Shown here: positions 57,868 to 64,000 of the stretch, piece by piece | Layout: each line of letters begins with the position of its first letter | Numbering within the stretch: position 1 is the stretch's first letter | NCBI GenBank assembly: GCA_040377305.1 | Contig: JBEIPA010000003.1 | Coordinates: forward strand, 160,001-224,000 | Direction of reading: 5' to 3' | DNA: 64,000 bases | DNA from: Flavobacteriales bacterium | GTDB taxonomy: Bacteria > Bacteroidota > Bacteroidia > Palsa-965 | Notes under the pieces: model-generated | Told to the model about the DNA's origin: nothing | Seen by the model: the letters and a program-made list of their open reading frames with translations, nothing else | Database searches by the model: none | Program-made: the position numbers and the translations under genes

Positions 57868-60312
57868 ATGAGAAGATTACTGACTGTAGCTGCACTGTTT
57901 TTAACAGTGGCATCGTTCGCACAATTTGTGGGAAATGGATCGTTCGACGGCAAACGCCGCACTTATCTTGATGATGGTGCATGGGCTCCGCGCGAACACA
58001 ATGTGGATTTCAAACACATGCGTCTCGAACTTTCGTTTGAGACTTCGCAAGGACTTGTGAAAGGTAAAGTGACGCACACTTTTTCTCCGCTTCGCAATAC
58101 GGTTGATTCAATCTGGCTGGATGGAATTGACATGCGCATTCTGGATGCAACGGTGAATGGAAAAGCAGCAAAGACCCGCGTTGAGAAAAACGGACTGTGG
58201 ATTTTTACCGGACGTTCACTTCCGTACGGCGAGAAAGACAGCATGTCGATTGTGTACGAATGCAATCCGCGTCGTGGTTTGTATTTCATCGGATGGAATG
58301 ATCCTACAGGAATTTGCCGCAAACAAATCTGGAGTCAGGGGCAAGGTATTGACAACCGCAACTGGATTCCGTGCTACGATGAGATGAACGACAAGATCAC
58401 AACAGAAATGATTGTGACTTTCGCTTCGGAATACAAAGTCCTTTCAAACGGATTGAAGGTAAAGGAGAAAGACAACAAGAACGGAACCAGGACGTGGCAT
58501 TACAAAATGTCTCATCCCTACGCTGCATATCTCGTGATGCTGGGCGTTGGCAAATACGATATTGAACAACGTAAATCGAAGTCAGGTGTTCCGGTGAATT
58601 TGTATTACTATCCGGAATGGAAAGATCGTGTTGCACCTACTTACCAGTACAGTGAAGACATGATTGATTTCTTTGAAACGGAAATCGGTGTGAAATATCC
58701 TTGGGAGTCTTACTCGCAAATTCCGGTTCAGGATTTCATGTACGGAGCTATGGAGAACACAACTGCTACTGTGTTTGGAGATTTCCTCATGGTCGATGAG
58801 CGTTCGAATTATGATCGCGCTTACGTGGGTGTAAATGCGCACGAGTTGGCTCACCAATGGTTTGGAGATTATATCACCGCACGTAGTGATGCACACCACT
58901 GGTTGCAGGAAAGTTTTGCAACGTATTACAACCAGATGTACGAGCGCAAAGTTTATGGCATGGATTATTTCGATCAGCAACGCCGCGATGCACAGAATGG
59001 TTCACTGAACGAAACAAAAAAGAATTTGCTTCCGGTTGCGCACAGCCAGTCGGGAAGTGTACGTCACTATCCAAAAGGTGCATTCGTGCTTAACATGCTG
59101 AAGTATGTTGTAGGCGGACGTGATGCTTACAACCGTGCGGTGAAATTGTATCTCGAACAGAATCCGTATTCGAATGTTGATTCCGATGATCTCTTGTACG
59201 CATTCCATGAGTCGACCGGAATGGAACTCAACTGGTTCTGGGACCAGTGGATTTACAAGGGCGGTGAACCTTCTTACAACGTTTCTGCGAATGATATTAC
59301 GGAGAACGGAAAGCGTTCAACACGTTTCTATGTTGAGCAGGTTCACGAGATGAACGATGTTGTAGGTTTGTTTAAGATGCCGATTTGGTTCGAAGTTCAT
59401 TACACGGATGGAACATCAGCACGTCAGATGCAGTGGATTGAAGAGAAATCTTCATTCGTAACTATTCCGAACGCAGGAAACAAAACAGTATCGTATGTTC
59501 TGTTTGATCCGAACAATGAAATTCTGAAGTCTGTACAATTCACAAAGCCGAACGATTGGCTTAAGAATCAGGCTTTGAATGCTCAGTACATGCTGGATCG
59601 TTATGATGCGATTGTTGCCATGCGTGATTGGTCGGTTGATCAGAAACGTGAGACATTAATCAAAGCGTACAACGACACAAAGAATACCTGGCACACATTG
59701 AAAGGTGAAATTGCAAACCAGCTTTTCAATGATTCCGACGCAGGTTCAAAAGCAGTTGTTGCGAATGCACTTGGTGGAGAACCGTGGTTGCAGCGCGACG
59801 TGTTGAATGCACAGAATACCATTCCTGCAGACAAACTTCCGTTGTTCGAGGCGCTTCTCACATCGAAGTCGTATGACAACGTAATGAACGCACTTGATAA
59901 ATTGTGCACGCAGTATCCGCAGAACACGCAGAAGTATCTTGATGCAACGAAAGGCGTTATCGGAACCAGCGGACGCAACGTAGAAATCAAACGTCTCGAA
60001 ATCATGGGCCGTGCGAATAACGATCAGGCTTCGAAAGATCAACTTGTGAGTTACACCAGTATGTCTTACGAATTCCGGACACGTGTGAATGCTGCACAGT
60101 CGGTAAAGCGCCTGAATTATTTCGCAGTACCGTTGCTCGACAATCTCACACAAGCGATGACCACTTCCAATTCACGCCTTGCTTATCCAAGCGGTGAGGT
60201 TCTGGATTTCTTCTATTCTCAAGCTCAGTTCCGCAGCCAGATTGCGACGTTTGTGCAGAATAAGACGTGGAAAGAGTGGGAGCGGGAGCAGGTGGGGAAG
60301 ATGTTGCATTAG
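57868..60312 (+). CDS. M1 family zinc aminopeptidase (exported)
   Basis: GAMEN exopeptidase motif, HELAH-X18-E, catalytic Y in HYPKG. Confidence 0.93.
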   Translation: MRRLLTVAALFLTVASFAQFVGNGSFDGKRRTYLDDGAWAPREHNVDFKHMRLELSFETSQGLVKGKVTHTFSPLRNTVDSIWLDGIDMRILDATVNGKAAKTRVEKNGLWIFTGRSLPYGEKDSMSIVYECNPRRGLYFIGWNDPTGICRKQIWSQGQGIDNRNWIPCYDEMNDKITTEMIVTFASEYKVLSNGLKVKEKDNKNGTRTWHYKMSHPYAAYLVMLGVGKYDIEQRKSKSGVPVNLYYYPEWKDRVAPTYQYSEDMIDFFETEIGVKYPWESYSQIPVQDFMYGAMENTTATVFGDFLMVDERSNYDRAYVGVNAHELAHQWFGDYITARSDAHHWLQESFATYYNQMYERKVYGMDYFDQQRRDAQNGSLNETKKNLLPVAHSQSGSVRHYPKGAFVLNMLKYVVGGRDAYNRAVKLYLEQNPYSNVDSDDLLYAFHESTGMELNWFWDQWIYKGGEPSYNVSANDITENGKRSTRFYVEQVHEMNDVVGLFKMPIWFEVHYTDGTSARQMQWIEEKSSFVTIPNAGNKTVSYVLFDPNNEILKSVQFTKPNDWLKNQALNAQYMLDRYDAIVAMRDWSVDQKRETLIKAYNDTKNTWHTLKGEIANQLFNDSDAGSKAVVANALGGEPWLQRDVLNAQNTIPADKLPLFEALLTSKSYDNVMNALDKLCTQYPQNTQKYLDATKGVIGTSGRNVEIKRLEIMGRANNDQASKDQLVSYTSMSYEFRTRVNAAQSVKRLNYFAVPLLDNLTQAMTTSNSRLAYPSGEVLDFFYSQAQFRSQIATFVQNKTWKEWEREQVGKMLH

Positions 60313-60343
60313 ATTCGATGATTTGAAAATTCGAAGATTCGAT
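60312..60343. repeat. Single arm of the GATTTGAA 8-mer family at a stop codon
   Basis: GATTCGATGATTTGAAAATTCGAAGATTCGAT. Confidence 0.7.
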
Positions 60344-60354
60344 ATAAAGTCAAG

Positions 60355-60381
60355 AGCCTGCTTTAAACAGCAGGCTTTTTT
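60355..60381 (+). terminator. Rho-independent terminator
   Basis: AGCCTGCT-ttaaac-AGCAGGCT followed by TTTTT. Confidence 0.8.
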
Positions 60382-60435
60382 GATCAGTGATTCAGCATTC
60401 CATGCGTTATGAAAAAAGCGTTGTAATTTGCCGAA

Positions 60436-60723
60436 GTGAGAACTCAAACTGTCTTAATCATTGTTGCGACTGGTATTCTTTTAGGACTAACCGGCTTCTG
60501 GTTGTTGATGAGAAGCATAAATCAGGATATCATCGAAGCGTCTCAGCTGATCGACAGTATGCAGATTGAATCGGACAGGGAGTGGAAGAAGATTCGGGAG
60601 TCGACTCCGAAGTTTGACTCAACGGGCTTTATTTTTATTACTGATACGCCTGATGCGAGGTCTTACATTCTGAAGGGAGATTCAACTTCACCGAATATAT
60701 TTCTGAACAGCGACGGGAAGTAA
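60436..60723 (+). CDS. Small membrane-anchored hypothetical protein
   Basis: 95 aa with one N-terminal TM; fills the gap between genes. Confidence 0.55.
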   Translation: MRTQTVLIIVATGILLGLTGFWLLMRSINQDIIEASQLIDSMQIESDREWKKIRESTPKFDSTGFIFITDTPDARSYILKGDSTSPNIFLNSDGK

Positions 60724-60764
60724 TATTCTGGGTTTGACAATTGACCAAGGACGTCACTGATTTA

Positions 60765-61397
60765 TTACTTCTTCACGATGAAAACCAAATGAGATTCCAT
60801 CGCGCCCGAATTATTTTTCCACGTGATGTCTTCTACCTGTACAATATTCAGATCGCACTTGTTGAGCATGCTCATGATCTTGACTGAATTGTAGTAATAC
60901 ACGTATGAACGATCGACCTGGTTGCTTGCGTATTGGTAACCTGACTCTTCGTATTTGTCATCGATGAGGCTGAAGTAGAAAACGCCTTCGGGAGTCAGCA
61001 TTGCAGCGCAATCGGAAATCAGTTTGGAAGTTTCTTCTTTGTCGAGATATGGAATGGTGAATCCGGAAATGATTGCGTCGAACTTGCGATCGAGATTGCT
61101 AACAAGACGGCAGTCCATGACTTCGAATTTTGCACGTGGGTTGTTCTGACGGGCAAGTTCAATCATGTTTGGTGCAAGATCAATACCTGTAATATTCAGT
61201 TCAGGTCGCTTTTTCAGCAAGTACTGCGTGATATTTCCGGGACCGCAACCAATGTCGAGTACGTGACTGTGCCGGTCATGAATGAGCGTTGAAAAAAGTT
61301 CGTACGTGTCGTTGTAGAGTTCGATGTTGCCAAAGCGTTCGTGATAGGCAACAGCGTGCTTGTTGAAGGTGTTGACAGCTTCTGTATTGCGATCCAT
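60765..61397 (-). CDS. Class I SAM-dependent methyltransferase
   Basis: VLDIGCGPG, GIDLAPNMI, FDAI, LTPEG. Confidence 0.9.
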   Translation of the reverse strand: MDRNTEAVNTFNKHAVAYHERFGNIELYNDTYELFSTLIHDRHSHVLDIGCGPGNITQYLLKKRPELNITGIDLAPNMIELARQNNPRAKFEVMDCRLVSNLDRKFDAIISGFTIPYLDKEETSKLISDCAAMLTPEGVFYFSLIDDKYEESGYQYASNQVDRSYVYYYNSVKIMSMLNKCDLNIVQVEDITWKNNSGAMESHLVFIVKK

Positions 61398-61409
61398 GAG
61401 CGTTGGATT

Positions 61410-62146
61410 TCAAAATCGATTGAGTGGAGAAGGGGACATCCTGCGGCTTGTGAATTCTGCGGATGAATTGTTGGATGCAGTTCTGAAGGACAAGCCAAGT
61501 TTGAACATGATCATTCCAGCTGGCGCATTCTGCATGGTGTAGGAGATTCCGTCACCTGCATAACTTACGGTTTTGGTGTTCACATACATTCCACCAGCTA
61601 CAGATTGTTGCCACTGCAGTGCGGCATCGAGCCACAAATTTTTACGGAGTTTAGTCATCATTCCCAATCCGAAACCTCCGCTTAAACCCGTAAAGCTGCT
61701 AAGTGTTATGCCGGATGTATCGCTATACTGAACGGTGTTCTGCTTCGCATACAAGGAACGAATTCCGCCAAACAGATCGAAATAGGGAATGACGCGACTC
61801 TGTTCATTCCGGAACGAGAATCGTGCATCACCATAAAATCCGAGATGCACATTATTGAATACAGTTTGTGCCCATACATTTTGAGGCGCGCCGGTTCCAA
61901 CTCTTGTGAGTTCGTAATGCCCGGCTCCGGATGCATAACCGGTAATTCCCAGCTGGAATTTAACGGGTAATGCCTGAAAAACGGAGACTGACCTAATGGA
62001 CGGAAGAAGACATTTACTCCGCCGCCCCATCCGCTGGCAAATGAAGTGTAAGGCGAGGAAGCGTGCATGCCAAAAACGCCAATGTCCATCTGGGCGAAAA
62101 CAGTTGTACTCGTTGCAAGTGCGAGAATAATCAGAAGCTTTCTCAT
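61410..62146 (-). pseudogene. Outer-membrane beta-barrel-like gene split by a 1-nt frameshift
   Basis: The signal-peptide frame (from 62146) and the barrel frame (ending 61410) join at the T5 run at 61977-61981; the joined product aligns with neighbour 62286-63017. Confidence 0.8.
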
Positions 62147-62285
62147 AGCAGTAATTTTAACCGCACCAATTACCGACTGGGTGCAGTACTAAAGTTACGA
62201 ATACCTGAGATGAAATGCACGAAAAAAACGAAGGAATCCTTGATGGAGAGACTCTCTTCGTATAGACCCAATGTTGTATGATGAA

Positions 62286-63017
62286 TTATTGGTGCGGCAG
62301 TTCAGTGTGTCCGCAGTTCGTGTGGTGACGCTTCACTGTGCAACCCTCATACGAACAGCAGTCCGTGTTGTTCAGGTAGAAACGAATTCCTATACGAAAG
62401 CATACAACTGAAGTTGGTGCAGCTTTCATTCCGTAAGAAAGTCCATCGCTGACATTTACCGTATTCATCATGATCGTGCTTCCGCGATTGAAGTTGTTAT
62501 CCCATGTCAATCCTGCATCAACCGCAGCAAAATCATTCAGCTTAATGAGCAAACCAGCAGTTGTGCCGAGATTGAATCCGACTTTATTATTCGGGGAAGT
62601 CATGCTACACTCTTCGTCTTCGTTGTGAATGTCCACCGTGGAGCGATTGAATCCGATTCCAGGGGAAAATTCCGCGTAAGGAACAAACCTGGCATCCGGA
62701 GAAGGAGCACTTACGCGAAGGATTCCGTGTATGCTGAACATCGTGTTGATGAGTGAAATATCTGATGGTGCCTGCCCATCTTCAAGTATAATACCCTCAA
62801 AATTTTTCTGTCCTGCATAGAGCACGTTATAGCCAAGTCCAGCCTGAACTTTTACCGGAAATTCTTTCGTTAACGAAGATGAAATTCCGTCCATGCCGAA
62901 TCCCCAGCCGTGACGCAGGTCGTTTTTCATGTTATGAAGGCCGTAGTAGCCGTAAGAAAATTGGGCAGAAGCGCCGAGTGTAATCAGTAGGGCAGAAGCG
63001 AGTAGGAACTTTTTCAT
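62286..63017 (-). CDS. Outer-membrane beta-barrel-like protein with Cys/His-rich tail
   Basis: Signal peptide, amphipathic strands, FVPYAE, FRIGIRFY, then CCSYEGCTVKRHHTNCGH. Confidence 0.75.
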   Translation of the reverse strand: MKKFLLASALLITLGASAQFSYGYYGLHNMKNDLRHGWGFGMDGISSSLTKEFPVKVQAGLGYNVLYAGQKNFEGIILEDGQAPSDISLINTMFSIHGILRVSAPSPDARFVPYAEFSPGIGFNRSTVDIHNEDEECSMTSPNNKVGFNLGTTAGLLIKLNDFAAVDAGLTWDNNFNRGSTIMMNTVNVSDGLSYGMKAAPTSVVCFRIGIRFYLNNTDCCSYEGCTVKRHHTNCGHTELPHQ

Positions 63018-63153
63018 GGCATATAGGTTTGTATTACTAATACTCAAATACTGTACTAAAGTTCCGTTTTTAACAACTCGTTTTCGCAGTTGGATGGAAA
63101 ATACGACGAAGTACGTAGGGACGCGGAATGAGGGAGGAGGGGATGAGGGAGAA

Positions 63154-63771
63154 TTATTTCATTTCCATTCCCGCGTACAGGTTGTCGTTGTTCACGTAAT
63201 AAACTTGTACATGTTCGCCCGGATCATTTTTCTTGACCAGTTCAATCAATCGTTTGCTTTGCCGACCCATCCAACGGTTCCAGAAAACAATGACGGTTCC
63301 ACCAACATAAGGCGCGAGTAAGGTCCATGAAGAATCGACATCCGTCATATATGTGAACATTTTATCCAATCGAAGAAACGTGTCGAGCGGAGCTTGTTGT
63401 GACGGAGGATAACTGTTAAAGGCTGTGTCGATGCGATCCCATTTGAGATTCGGAAATCCTCCGGCGTAACAGTTCACATACCAGCAAATCAACTTCCCTT
63501 CTGTATTGAAGTACAAAGCCTGCAAAGGTTGCGCGTGATTTTTTTGCGCGAGAGCAAACTGATTTGTGTCGATGGTGCGAAGAAATGCAAAATACTTCGC
63601 TGTGTCCAACACGTACGAAGCGTTTACATCAACTCCAAAGTCGGATTGACATTCCCGAATTTCAGCATTGCTCAAAGGACGGAACTTTTTCATCCCGTAC
63701 ATTTTCAGGAAGAGGCCACCGCAATTCATCACGAAGATTGAAAGTGAAATGAAAAGAACTCCTTGTTTCAT
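63154..63771 (-). CDS. Putative lipoprotein, hypothetical
   Basis: Hydrophobic leader ending in Cys (VMNC); QPLQALYF, NCYAGGFPNLKW. Confidence 0.7.
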   Translation of the reverse strand: MKQGVLFISLSIFVMNCGGLFLKMYGMKKFRPLSNAEIRECQSDFGVDVNASYVLDTAKYFAFLRTIDTNQFALAQKNHAQPLQALYFNTEGKLICWYVNCYAGGFPNLKWDRIDTAFNSYPPSQQAPLDTFLRLDKMFTYMTDVDSSWTLLAPYVGGTVIVFWNRWMGRQSKRLIELVKKNDPGEHVQVYYVNNDNLYAGMEMK

Positions 63772-63791
63772 TACGGTTGCGTGTTTAATGT

Positions 63792-63998
63792 CTATCGCTG
63801 CATCTCAAACACTTTCTTCACATTGAGCGTGTCCATGGGGAACTCCAACCACTTTCGTGTTGGTGAATAGTTCACAATGATGGGATAATTTTGAGTCCGG
63901 TGATCGCGGACCATGAGCTCGAAGCGTGATCTCCCGCCTTCTGAACGATATTCAAACAGTGCGAGTCCTGCGGCCCAATTGATATTATGAATACGCAC
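63792..63998 (-). CDS. C-terminal fragment of a hypothetical protein (truncated by window edge)
   Basis: Open frame running off the window end, co-oriented with the downstream gene. Confidence 0.5.
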   Translation of the reverse strand: MRIHNINWAAGLALFEYRSEGGRSRFELMVRDHRTQNYPIIVNYSPTRKWLEFPMDTLNVKKVFEMQR

Positions 63999-64000
63999 CG

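Overview
Core-chromosome window of a Bacteroidota bacterium. The assignment rests on gldF/gldG, a PorE-like OmpA protein, hpt-adk-obgE and many TAnnTTTG -7 promoter motifs. About 60 CDS are present, mostly housekeeping (dnaB, dnaN, hpt, adk, obgE, oxyR, pbpC, lysC, lysA, mnmD, methylmalonyl-CoA mutase, peptidases), interleaved with secreted hypothetical proteins. I saw no rRNA, tRNA, CRISPR array, integrase, transposase or phage gene. The most striking signal is non-coding. (1) A family of ~190-194 bp hairpin elements with GGAACGCGGATTTT terminal inverted repeats, a conserved central ATGAGAT/ATCTCAT stem and variable interiors brackets a TonB-dependent receptor and a metal-binding protein, cassette-style, between adk and obgE. 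(2) More than a dozen intergenic inverted pairs of short tandem repeats (6-14 nt units, many different unit sequences) abut start and stop codons, sometimes encode protein tails, and once enclose an OxyR-type operator. (3) Several REP/REPIN-like palindromes occur, one of them nested in another repeat. Also noted: a frameshifted beta-barrel gene, a GldG with an extra multi-TM tail, and a putative Crp/Fnr-controlled hemN islet. All family assignments are by eye from motifs; no database searches were run.
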